Assembly (NCBI GenBank): GCA_051883455.1
Contig: JBJETT010000004.1
Span: 38,260-102,259, forward strand
DNA: 64,000 bases
Source: Christensenellales bacterium
GTDB lineage: Bacteria; Bacillota; Clostridia; Christensenellales; UBA3700
Direction of reading: 5' to 3'
In this document: piece after piece, positions 19,314-27,689 of the stretch
How positions within the stretch are numbered: position 1 is the stretch's first letter
Layout of the letters: the number at the start of each line of letters is the position of its first letter
The notes under the pieces: generated by a model
What the model was told of the DNA's origin: nothing
The model's input: only the letters and a program-made list of their open reading frames with translations
Databases searched by the model: none
Made by a program: the position numbers and the translations under genes

Positions 19314-20318
19314 ATGTCAAAGAAGAAGATTATTTATAGTGCGATACAGCCGTCGGGCATCATGACTTTGGGCAACTTTATCGGTGCTGTAAATAATTGG
19401 CGCGCCATTCAAGAGAGCGATGACAACCAATGCTTGTTTGCGCTAGCCGACCTTCATACCATCACCGTCAGACAAGACCCTAAGCAGTTCTATGACAACG
19501 CAATGAGCTTTTTTGCCTTGCTCATGGCTATGGGTATAGATAAGGATAAGTCGATATTATACTTCCAATCGCACGTGCACGAGCACAGCGAACTTGCATG
19601 GCTTCTCAACTGCTACACCTACGTGGGCGAGATGAATAGAATGACGCAGTTCAAGGACAAGTCGTCCAAGCACAGCGACAATATCAACATGGGACTTATG
19701 GACTATCCCGTACTTATGGCGGCGGACATTTTGCTCTACGGCAGTGACTACGTACCCGTAGGAGTAGACCAACTGCAACACTTGGAGATAGCAAGGGATA
19801 TTGCAGTGAGAGTCAACAATATTTACGGAGATATCTTCACCGTGCCCGAGCCAATTATCAACAAGGTGGGCGCCAAGATTATGAGCTTGCAAGACCCAAC
19901 TGCCAAGATGAGCAAATCCGACCCAACCCCGGGTGCGGTTGTGAGCGTGCTCGACGACGAGTCGGTTATACTCAAAAAGTTTAAGAAAGCAGTCACCGAC
20001 AGCGGTTGTGAGATAATCTACGACCCTGAGAATAAGCCGGGTATCAGCAATTTGCTTACCATTCTTGCGGCAACCTCGGGCAAAAGCATCGATCAAGTGC
20101 AACAAGATTGTCAAGGTATGAGATACGGCGACCTCAAGCTTGCCGTAGCGGATAGCGTAATAGAGATGCTCAGACCGTTCAGAAATAGATACGACGACCT
20201 TATGAACAACAAAGAATACCTCATGCAAGTAGCAAGAGAAGGTCAAGCAAAGGCGTCGGAGATGGCAAGCAAAAAACTTGCCGAATTTAAGAAAGCAATA
20301 GGATACGTTTTGATTTAA
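19314..20318 (+). CDS. trpS: Tryptophan--tRNA ligase
   Basis: Class I motifs (GNFIGA region, KMSKSD); 334 aa. Confidence 0.95.
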   Translation: MSKKKIIYSAIQPSGIMTLGNFIGAVNNWRAIQESDDNQCLFALADLHTITVRQDPKQFYDNAMSFFALLMAMGIDKDKSILYFQSHVHEHSELAWLLNCYTYVGEMNRMTQFKDKSSKHSDNINMGLMDYPVLMAADILLYGSDYVPVGVDQLQHLEIARDIAVRVNNIYGDIFTVPEPIINKVGAKIMSLQDPTAKMSKSDPTPGAVVSVLDDESVILKKFKKAVTDSGCEIIYDPENKPGISNLLTILAATSGKSIDQVQQDCQGMRYGDLKLAVADSVIEMLRPFRNRYDDLMNNKEYLMQVAREGQAKASEMASKKLAEFKKAIGYVLI

Positions 20319-21190
20319 TGTTCGGATACGTTGTGCCAGACAAACCTAATATGTTTATCAAGGACTACACCGTCTACAAGGCTTTTTATTGCGGACTGTG
20401 CAAGTCTATAGGCAAAAAGTGCGGACAGTTGATGAGATTTACCACCAACTACGACGTCACCTTTTTGGCAGTGTTTATGCACGCTATTTGCGATAGACAA
20501 GTTGAGTTTGCCGACGAGGCTTGTATACTCAATCCTATCAAAAAGAAGAGCATAGTCAAGCACAACGAGCTTATGAGTGCCATCGTGGATACCAACACCA
20601 TTCTTGCACACTATAAACTTGTCGACGATATTTGCGACGAGCGTTCCGCCAAAGCCAAATTTGTAGACCAAGCCGTGCTCAATAGGCATTACAAGAGAGC
20701 CAAAGCCAATCTCCCCAAGGTGGACGAAATCGTTGCTGAGGGCTACGAGCGCCTAAGAGTAATGGAAAAGTCAAATCAAGCGGGAGCGGATATCGTAGCC
20801 GACGCCTTTGCCGAGATTATGAAGGGTATTTCTATCGAGCTTGCGGGCGAAAATTATAATTCTTACGTTGGCGACGTAATGTATAACGTGGGCAAATGGG
20901 TGTACTGCGCCGACGCTCTCGACGATATCGACGACGACTTCAAGGGTGGCAAATACAACGTATTTTTAGCAGACTATTGCTATACCGACAAGGCAACCTT
21001 TCTCAAGGATAAGTCTGAAGAACTGCAACTGCTATTTATGTCCTGTTACGACGCAATCAACAAGGCGTTCGACAATCTAAATATCACCCGATACGAGGGG
21101 GTAGTCACCAACGTATTGTGGTACGGCTTACTAGCCAAAACCAAAGAACTGTTAAGGAGTGAAACTAAGTGCAAAAAGACCCGTATTTGA
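20318..21190 (+). CDS. DUF5685-like protein
   Basis: N-terminus MFGYVVPDKPNMFIKDYTVYKAFYCGLCKSIG is the pattern I associate with DUF5685. Its ATG shares the last A of the trpS TAA. Confidence 0.55.
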   Translation: MFGYVVPDKPNMFIKDYTVYKAFYCGLCKSIGKKCGQLMRFTTNYDVTFLAVFMHAICDRQVEFADEACILNPIKKKSIVKHNELMSAIVDTNTILAHYKLVDDICDERSAKAKFVDQAVLNRHYKRAKANLPKVDEIVAEGYERLRVMEKSNQAGADIVADAFAEIMKGISIELAGENYNSYVGDVMYNVGKWVYCADALDDIDDDFKGGKYNVFLADYCYTDKATFLKDKSEELQLLFMSCYDAINKAFDNLNITRYEGVVTNVLWYGLLAKTKELLRSETKCKKTRI

Positions 21191-21810
21191 TACTCGGTGT
21201 GGACAATGACGCCACGCAAGAAGAGATAAGGCAAGCCTACGAAAGGCTTAAAGAAGAGTACCAATCCCAACTTTTTGAAGAGGGCGAGGTTGGCAACTTA
21301 GCTGCCAAAAAACTCGACGAATTAGAGCGAGCCTATCACCAATGCTTAGAGGACAAAGCCAACGACTTCCACTTTAGCGAGGAGGGCAACGGCTTAGGCG
21401 AGATAGAACAAATGATTAAGGACGGCAACCTCGAGGGAGCGCAGTCCAAGCTTGACAATATCGAGATGAGAGACGGATATTGGCACTATCTACAAGCCAT
21501 CATCTATCACAAGCGTGGTTGGAACGTAGAGAGCAAAAAGCAACTCGATATAGCCCTCACTCTCGACGAGGACAACGAAAAGTATAAGCAAGCTAGAGAA
21601 AGGCTCAACAAAGTGCTATCGGGTGCAAGTGCAGAGGACGCCAGCTCGGCTAGCGGTAGTGCCGCAGCGGGTAGAGCGGGATATTCTCGCCCCGACCAAG
21701 AGGCAAGGCGTGCCGCTAACGACGAAGCTTGTTGCAATACTTGTTCCACACTCATATGTTGCGACTGTTGTTGCGAGTGTATGGGCGGAGATTTGATACC
21801 TTGTTGCTAA
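21169..21810 (+). CDS. J-like domain protein lacking HPD, with a TPR-like middle and a Cys-rich C-terminal tail
   Basis: DPYLILGVDNDATQEEIRQAYERLKEEYQSQLF is J-domain helices I-II, with QSQ where HPD is expected. Tail is CCNTCSTLICCDCCCECMGGDLIPCC. GTG start after GGAG. Confidence 0.6.
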   Translation: MQKDPYLILGVDNDATQEEIRQAYERLKEEYQSQLFEEGEVGNLAAKKLDELERAYHQCLEDKANDFHFSEEGNGLGEIEQMIKDGNLEGAQSKLDNIEMRDGYWHYLQAIIYHKRGWNVESKKQLDIALTLDEDNEKYKQARERLNKVLSGASAEDASSASGSAAAGRAGYSRPDQEARRAANDEACCNTCSTLICCDCCCECMGGDLIPCC

Positions 21811-21811
21811 G

Positions 21812-22396
21812 ATGAAGAGAAGCTATCACATTGCCATTTCGGGAATATCTGCCGCACTGACGATAATATCGCTATTGCTTGCAATGTTTCTACCTACGGC
21901 AAAGGTGGCTTTTTTCGCAATATCGGCGCTATGCGTATCGCTTTCTCTCACGCAAGGCTTGTTTTGGTCGGCGCTCGCAAGTTACGTCGTGGCGTCGGCA
22001 ATAGGATTTTTGGCAGGCAATATCAAAGCCCTGCCTTTTATATTATTCTTTGGTTTATACTCTCTGGTTGCGTGGCTGTTAGATTTTCGTTTTTACAATT
22101 TGCGTATGCCGAGAGTCGTCAAAATCATACTTATCACGGTTATTAAGCTTGCATATTTCGCGCTTGCTTTTTGGGCGTGCTACAAGTTGATGGGTGTGGT
22201 AATCTCCGATATCGTCATTGGCTCTTTGCGACTAAGCGAACCGATATTTTGGACGGTGGGACTAGTGCTGTTTTGTGCCTACGACCCTTTGTATCGAATG
22301 GTCTTCAAGCTGGTATCGAGGCGAGTTGCCCTAGTCACCAAGAGGGGAGAGCCTACTCAGCCAGGCGATGATAATATTGACGATTTGTTTGGCTAA
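21812..22396 (+). CDS. Hypothetical polytopic membrane protein
   Basis: 194 aa with 5-6 hydrophobic segments. Starts 1 nt after the upstream stop. Confidence 0.5.
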   Translation: MKRSYHIAISGISAALTIISLLLAMFLPTAKVAFFAISALCVSLSLTQGLFWSALASYVVASAIGFLAGNIKALPFILFFGLYSLVAWLLDFRFYNLRMPRVVKIILITVIKLAYFALAFWACYKLMGVVISDIVIGSLRLSEPIFWTVGLVLFCAYDPLYRMVFKLVSRRVALVTKRGEPTQPGDDNIDDLFG

Positions 22397-22521
22397 AACA
22401 GTCAATAACGCAATACATATCGGCAAAAATATATATTTGATTAAGGAAAACAATTCTATAATCATACCGCACGATTTTTATATCGTCAAGTGACGACACG
22501 TCGCTGGTATGATTGCAACTA

Positions 22522-22551
22522 ATATCCACCCTTCGTTGGGGTGGATATTTT
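22522..22551 (+). terminator. Rho-independent terminator
   Basis: ATATCCACCC-loop-GGGTGGATAT followed by TTTT. Confidence 0.7.
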
Positions 22552-22577
22552 AGCATAATATGTATCTTATATGTATC

Positions 22578-22766
22578 TTAGATTACGTCGTCGGTGTCGC
22601 CGTTTCTACAACAGCAGCAGATGATGAGTATCAAGATTATGAGCGTGCAACAGTCGCATCCGCCGTCTCTGCCGAAGAAACAGTTGTTGCCGGATCTTCC
22701 TTCATTGTCGCCACAGCAACAGCACAAGAGTAAGATAATAATCCACAAGCAGCAGCAATTATCCAT
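22578..22766 (-). CDS. 62-aa cysteine-rich hydrophobic peptide (15 Cys)
   Basis: MDNCCCLWIIILLLCCCCGDNEGRSGNNCFFGRDGGCDCCTLIILILIICCCCRNGDTDDVI. ATG 22766 lies 7 nt after a GGAGG RBS (22774-22778). The track start at 22787 would put the RBS inside the ORF. Confidence 0.6.
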   Translation of the reverse strand: MDNCCCLWIIILLLCCCCGDNEGRSGNNCFFGRDGGCDCCTLIILILIICCCCRNGDTDDVI

Positions 22767-22802
22767 AGATAGACCTCCTTTTTTCAATGTTTTTTCTTAT
22801 TT

Positions 22803-22830
22803 TACAATATGAGGCAAAATTCGATTGTGT
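22803..22830 (-). promoter_or_regulatory. Candidate sigma-K-type promoter for the Cys-rich peptide gene
   Basis: On the minus strand, AC(22830-22829)-17 nt-CATATTGTA(22811-22803). This fits the B. subtilis sigma-K consensus AC-N17-CATANNNTA. Confidence 0.35.
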
Positions 22831-22837
22831 TACCGTG

Positions 22838-22871
22838 ATAATATGTACTTATCAACCAATAGGCATATTAT
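22838..22871. promoter_or_regulatory. Inverted repeat, candidate ArsR-family operator
   Basis: ATAATATG-N18-CATATTAT in the 105-bp divergent intergenic region. Confidence 0.35.
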
Positions 22872-22892
22872 TTTGCCACGTGGAGGGGGAAT

Positions 22893-23249
22893 ATGCGCGG
22901 GTGTTTGACGTTGACGGAGAGTGAGGAACAGTCCATTAGGAGCTACATTCCGCCCAACGGAGCGGTCAAGGGAATAGCCGACTTTTATTTTATCTTCAGC
23001 GACAGTACAAGGCTCAAGATACTGTCGGTGCTTGCCGTGACGGAGCTTTGCGTATGCGACGTATGCATATTGTTGGGACTCAACCAAACTACCGTATCCC
23101 ACCAACTCAAGCTTCTTCGCGACGCTCGCATAGTGGCGGATAGAAGGGTGGGCAAAATCGTCTTTTATCGCATAGTCAATCCATACGTCAACGAGGTTAT
23201 GATGACGGGTGTCAACAATCTCAATACGTCCAACGGAAAGTACGTCTAA
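22893..23249 (+). CDS. ArsR/SmtB-family metalloregulator
   Basis: Winged HTH with LSVLAVTELCVCDVCILLGLNQTTVSHQLKLLR; the ELCVCD-type CxC sensing motif. RBS GGAGGGGG. Confidence 0.8.
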   Translation: MRGCLTLTESEEQSIRSYIPPNGAVKGIADFYFIFSDSTRLKILSVLAVTELCVCDVCILLGLNQTTVSHQLKLLRDARIVADRRVGKIVFYRIVNPYVNEVMMTGVNNLNTSNGKYV

Positions 23250-23252
23250 CGA

Positions 23253-23281
23253 TTGTATCGACAGCCAAAGTATGATATAAT
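23253..23281 (+). promoter_or_regulatory. Extended -10 promoter placed for a leaderless uvrC mRNA
   Basis: TTGTAT-17 nt (ending TGa)-TATAAT(23276-23281). The ATG at 23288 is 6 nt after the -10 box, with no SD. Confidence 0.5.
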
Positions 23282-23287
23282 ATCCTT

Positions 23288-25135
23288 ATGGATTTGATTA
23301 GGCAAAAGGTCAAGGATTTACCCGAAAACAGCGGAGTATATATTATGTATTCCGCCGACAGACAGATTTTGTACGTCGGCAAGGCTCGCAATCTCAAAAA
23401 GAGGGTCACTCAATACTTCGGTTCACCTGTCGGCAAGACCGACAAGGTGCTCATTATGGTGTCCAAAATTGCCGACTTCGAATACATCATCACACGCAAC
23501 GAGATAGAGGCTTTGGTGCTAGAGAACAACCTCATCAAAAAGCACCAACCGCCCTACAACATTCTTCTCAAAGACGACAAGAGTTATCCTTTTATCAAAA
23601 TCAATACCAAGCAAGCCTATCCCAAAGTCGAGGTAGTGCGAAGACTCAAAAACGACGGCGCCAAGTACTTCGGTCCCTATATGCAGGGCATCTCGTCCAA
23701 GGAGATAGTCGACCTCATCTATTCGGCTTTTCCTCTACGCTCGTGTGGTATCGATATGTCTAAGCCACCCAAAGGACACAGACCTTGCCTCAATTATCAC
23801 ATAGGCAGGTGCAAAGCGCCTTGTATGGGGTACGAGACGCCCGAGCAATACGCCGAAACGATAGCCAAAGTCGTGGCTTTTTTGCAAGGCAACGACAAGT
23901 CGGTGGCTAATATTCTTACACGCAAAATGCAAGAGGCGTCCGAGCAGACGGAATACGAGATTGCCTTGATGTATAAGCAAAAACTCGCCGTGCTCGACAA
24001 ACTTATCCGTCGTCAAGTGACGGCTTTGCCCAAGGATTTCGACCTCGACGTATTCGCAATTGCTTCCAACGGGCTCAACGTCGTTGAGTCCACGCTTTTC
24101 GTCAGAGCGGGCAAGCTGGTGGGCTCGGACAAACAAGTCGTGGACAGTCTTAGCCTAACCGAGCAAGACAGTCTATCCAACTATATTATGCGGTTTTACG
24201 ACGGCGTGCCGTATATTCCGCAAGAAGTTATCACAAGCGTTGAACTCGAAGACGCCGACGTTTTGGCGGAATACCTTGGCGAGAAGAAGGGCAAGAAGGT
24301 CAACGTCATCACCCCTCATCAAGGTGTGCGCAAGCAACTGGTCGATATGGCAATGAGCAACGCTTGCGACTATCTCGACAAGTCGCTGTCGCTCAAAGAA
24401 CGTCAAGACAATATGACGGTGGGCGCAATGATACAACTTCAAGAATTTCTCAAACTATCCCGTATGCCTATTCGCATGGAATGCTACGACATATCGCATA
24501 TATCGGGCACCAACAAGGTAGGTTCGATGGTGGTGTTTATCAACGGACAACCTGCCAAGTCGCACTATCGCAAGTTCCATATCAAGACGGTAGAGGGCAA
24601 CAACGACTTCGAGAGTCTCAAGGAAGTGCTTAGACGTAGGATATCTCGCCTACTAGACGAGCAGGAAAAAGACGAGTCCTTTTCTTCCCGTCCCGACCTT
24701 ATCATCATAGACGGTGGCAAGGGACAACTCAGCAGCGTCATGCAAGAGGTAGAGAAAGCGGGGCTTAGCGGTGTAGAAATCGTAGGTCTTGCCAAGAGCG
24801 AAGAGGAGATATTCTTCCCGGGTCAATCGCAATCGGTGCTTTTGCCACGCAACAGTTACGCCCTCAAGCTCGTCCAGCGCATAAGGGACGAGGCGCATAG
24901 ATTTGCCATAACCTTTCACCGCAACGAGCGTAAACGCACCCAGACCAAGAGCAGACTTACCGATATAGCGGGTGTGGGCGAGGTCAAGCAAAAACGGCTC
25001 ATACAAGCTTTTAGGACTATGGACAATATTCGCAACGCAAGCGTAGAGGACTTGTTGCTCGTCAAGGGTATGGATAGACCTACCGCAATAGCGATATACG
25101 AGCATTTTCACGTAGGCGATACGTCGGAAGATTGA
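23288..25135 (+). CDS. uvrC: Excinuclease ABC subunit C
   Basis: GIY-YIG N-terminus (SGVYIMYSADRQILYVGKARNLKKR), UVR domain, C-terminal (HhH)2. Confidence 0.95.
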   Translation: MDLIRQKVKDLPENSGVYIMYSADRQILYVGKARNLKKRVTQYFGSPVGKTDKVLIMVSKIADFEYIITRNEIEALVLENNLIKKHQPPYNILLKDDKSYPFIKINTKQAYPKVEVVRRLKNDGAKYFGPYMQGISSKEIVDLIYSAFPLRSCGIDMSKPPKGHRPCLNYHIGRCKAPCMGYETPEQYAETIAKVVAFLQGNDKSVANILTRKMQEASEQTEYEIALMYKQKLAVLDKLIRRQVTALPKDFDLDVFAIASNGLNVVESTLFVRAGKLVGSDKQVVDSLSLTEQDSLSNYIMRFYDGVPYIPQEVITSVELEDADVLAEYLGEKKGKKVNVITPHQGVRKQLVDMAMSNACDYLDKSLSLKERQDNMTVGAMIQLQEFLKLSRMPIRMECYDISHISGTNKVGSMVVFINGQPAKSHYRKFHIKTVEGNNDFESLKEVLRRRISRLLDEQEKDESFSSRPDLIIIDGGKGQLSSVMQEVEKAGLSGVEIVGLAKSEEEIFFPGQSQSVLLPRNSYALKLVQRIRDEAHRFAITFHRNERKRTQTKSRLTDIAGVGEVKQKRLIQAFRTMDNIRNASVEDLLLVKGMDRPTAIAIYEHFHVGDTSED

Positions 25136-25169
25136 CATATTATCACAAAGGATATACAATATAAGTATT

Positions 25170-25988
25170 ATGAAATACAAGGCAATTTTCAGTGATTTTG
25201 ACGGCACTCTATATCGTAGCGACTATACGATATCTCAAGCCAACAAGGATGCAATCCAACGCTATATAGAGGCGGGCGGACACTTTATTCTCGCAACGGG
25301 CAGACTATTTCAGTCCATTTTGCCCAAAGCCAAAGAACTCGGCTTGCGTGGCGATTTGATATGCTACCAAGGCGCGGGCGTATACGATATCGAGACGAGG
25401 AAACTCAAATACAGCAATTTTTTCGAGACGTCGCTTGCTTTGGAAGTAGCGGATTTTTTGGATGAGCGCAAAGACTTAGTCGGCATGGCTTACGTGGACG
25501 ACGAGTGTTGCGTTGAGTACAAAAACCCATATACCGACAAGTTTGCCATGATTTGTCAAATAGCATACAACGTGACGGGCAAGACCTTGCACGATTTTCT
25601 TTCGGAGAGCAATCCGCCTATGAAACTCATTGCTCTCATCGAACCCGACAAAGCCCCTCAACTTATCGAGGAGGCGAGAGCAAAGTTTGGCGATAGGGTG
25701 GTTATGTGTCGTTCCAATCCTGTAATAGTGGAATTTTTGCCCGTCGGCATCAATAAGGGTAGCGCGGTGAGAGAAGTGTGCAAAATGCACGATTGGAGCA
25801 TAGACGAAGTAATCGCCGTGGGCGATAGCGAAAACGATATTTCTATGATAGAGACGGCGGGCTTGGGCATAGCTACAGCCAACGCCTTTGACGTGACCAA
25901 GAACAAGGCGGATTTTGTCAGCGTGTCCAACGACGAAGACGCTATTGCGCAAATAATTTATAAGTTTTGCTTAGAAGAGCAAGCCTGA
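25170..25988 (+). CDS. Cof-type HAD-IIB phosphatase
   Basis: FSDFDGTLY motif I, GDSENDISM motif IV; 272 aa. Confidence 0.8.
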   Translation: MKYKAIFSDFDGTLYRSDYTISQANKDAIQRYIEAGGHFILATGRLFQSILPKAKELGLRGDLICYQGAGVYDIETRKLKYSNFFETSLALEVADFLDERKDLVGMAYVDDECCVEYKNPYTDKFAMICQIAYNVTGKTLHDFLSESNPPMKLIALIEPDKAPQLIEEARAKFGDRVVMCRSNPVIVEFLPVGINKGSAVREVCKMHDWSIDEVIAVGDSENDISMIETAGLGIATANAFDVTKNKADFVSVSNDEDAIAQIIYKFCLEEQA

Positions 25989-25999
25989 CGGAGGATAAT

Positions 26000-26941
26000 A
26001 TGGCAGTAAATATGGAAGAAGAACTCGTAGTCAAGACAGTCAAACTCGGACAGTTTTGCAAGGCTTGCGGTCTCAATATCATCGTAGGTAACGAGGACGA
26101 CGACGTGACCTTTACTTCTATGCTCGTCAATCGTCCGGGGCTATTGCTAGCAGGCTTTGAGGACTATTTCGGTGCGGGCAGAGTGCAACTCGTAGGCTTT
26201 GCCGAGCACTATTATTTCGACTCTCTCGATAGCGAAAACAAACGCAAGACCACCGAGAGAATATGTACCAAAGAGATTCCTTGCATAGTCTACGCTAGGC
26301 AGTTGCAACCCGACGCAACGGCAATCGAGGTCTTCCGCAAAAACAATATCCCCGTTTTGCAGTCGGCTTGCACGACCACACAACTCAACACCACAGTTGC
26401 CGATTATCTTCAAAACTTACTTGCGCCTAGCGTGTCTTGCCACGGCACGTTGTTGGACATCAGCGGTACGGGCGTGTTGATAACGGGCGACAGTGGACTT
26501 GGTAAGAGCGAAACGGCGTTGGAACTCGTGCATAGAGGACACCGTTTGGTTGCCGACGATGCCGTCATCATCAAGAAAGTCAACAACGAACTCGTGGGTA
26601 GAGCGCCCGACAATATCAAGTTTTTTATGGAAGTAAGGGGTATAGGCATCATCGACGTGCGTAGACTTTACGGTGTGGGAGCGGTGTTGGACAGCGAAGA
26701 TATCCACCTGGTTATAGAACTTCAAAAATGGAAGGACAATATGGGTGGAGTTGAAAGACTTGGCAAAAACCAAAGCGAAACCACCATATTGGGCATCAAA
26801 AAGCCAAAAATCGTATTGCCCGTTATGCCGGGTAGAAACCTTGCCATAGTCGTAGAAGTTGCCGCAAGGAACTTCCGTCTCAAAGAGTTTGGCTACGACC
26901 CTCTCAAAGAACTGATGAACAACGCCAAGATAACGGAGTGA
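26000..26941 (+). CDS. hprK: HPr kinase/phosphorylase
   Basis: GDSGLGKSETALELVHRGHRLVADD. Start trimmed to ATG 26000 after a GGAGG RBS. Confidence 0.9.
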   Translation: MAVNMEEELVVKTVKLGQFCKACGLNIIVGNEDDDVTFTSMLVNRPGLLLAGFEDYFGAGRVQLVGFAEHYYFDSLDSENKRKTTERICTKEIPCIVYARQLQPDATAIEVFRKNNIPVLQSACTTTQLNTTVADYLQNLLAPSVSCHGTLLDISGTGVLITGDSGLGKSETALELVHRGHRLVADDAVIIKKVNNELVGRAPDNIKFFMEVRGIGIIDVRRLYGVGAVLDSEDIHLVIELQKWKDNMGGVERLGKNQSETTILGIKKPKIVLPVMPGRNLAIVVEVAARNFRLKEFGYDPLKELMNNAKITE

Positions 26942-26945
26942 TAAT

Positions 26946-27125
26946 ATGACCAATTACGAAATGATGAAACTTGCCGAAAGGCTCGACGAAGACTGCGACG
27001 ATATATTTGCAGAGTTTTGTTCTCTCTACGACGCCGAGGACTACGAGTCCGACCCCGAAGCCTTCAAACGCAAGTACAAAGAATTTTATACCGATATCAA
27101 GCTATCTCACAAAGAAGATTGGTAA
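26946..27125 (+). CDS. 59-aa acidic hypothetical protein, below the ORF-track cut-off
   Basis: MTNYEMMKLAERLDEDCDDIFAEFCSLYDAEDYESDPEAFKRKYKEFYTDIKLSHKEDW. A GGAG RBS overlaps the hprK stop (GGAGTGAtaatATG). A terminator follows directly. Confidence 0.45.
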   Translation: MTNYEMMKLAERLDEDCDDIFAEFCSLYDAEDYESDPEAFKRKYKEFYTDIKLSHKEDW

Positions 27126-27127
27126 AC

Positions 27128-27152
27128 AAAAGCACGCATATGGCGTGCTTTA
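27128..27152. terminator. Bidirectional terminator between convergent genes
   Basis: AAGCACGC-atatg-GCGTGCTT. The U-run is better on the minus strand (TTTTGTTT). Confidence 0.7.
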
Positions 27153-27165
27153 ATTGTATTCGATA

Positions 27166-27684
27166 TTAGTCTACTAGATTTTCTTGTATAAACTCATACA
27201 CTTGAGGAGCTTTATCCGCCCAATTTTTGAATATCCACTTGGCGGTATTGCGGTTTTGGATATTGAGTTTGAGTTCCATCAGCGGCATGGTATTGGACTC
27301 GATTTTTAGCACGACGGTATAGGTGCCGTCGGCGTTTTTGTAATAGTCGGAGAAGTAGTCTTGCTTCTTACGATACTTCATACGATTTTTTTTGATAATA
27401 TCCGTAATATCGTCACGCACCGACGAGTTGATATTGGTATAGAAATGATTTAGACATTCTCTGCCGTCGCTGGTAATAGTATATCTGGGCGTACTGCTTC
27501 TAGGCGAGATATTGGCGACGAAACTCGTCTTGATAAGGTCGGCAAGGCTTTCTTTGCATTCCATATAATTTATCCAATTATTTTCCGTAGCCATCTCGAC
27601 TATGATGTTCTCTTGCAGAGGCACGTCCATCTTGTCGAATATATACAGCAATATCAGCTTGTTGATTGATTGTTGGTCAAACAT
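27166..27684 (-). CDS. DUF4364-like protein
   Basis: 172 aa. The N-terminal LILLYIFDKMDVPL... winged-helix-like segment is typical of the clostridial DUF4364 family, judged from memory only. Confidence 0.5.
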   Translation of the reverse strand: MFDQQSINKLILLYIFDKMDVPLQENIIVEMATENNWINYMECKESLADLIKTSFVANISPRSSTPRYTITSDGRECLNHFYTNINSSVRDDITDIIKKNRMKYRKKQDYFSDYYKNADGTYTVVLKIESNTMPLMELKLNIQNRNTAKWIFKNWADKAPQVYEFIQENLVD

Positions 27685-27689
27685 AGCGA

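Noticed and set aside
26971-27153. 60-aa plus-strand track ORF after hprK
   Set aside because: It has a non-ATG start without an RBS and T/S/P-rich low-complexity content, and it runs through the terminator hairpin. The overlapping 59-aa ATG-initiated frame (26946-27125) with a coupled RBS is the better candidate.
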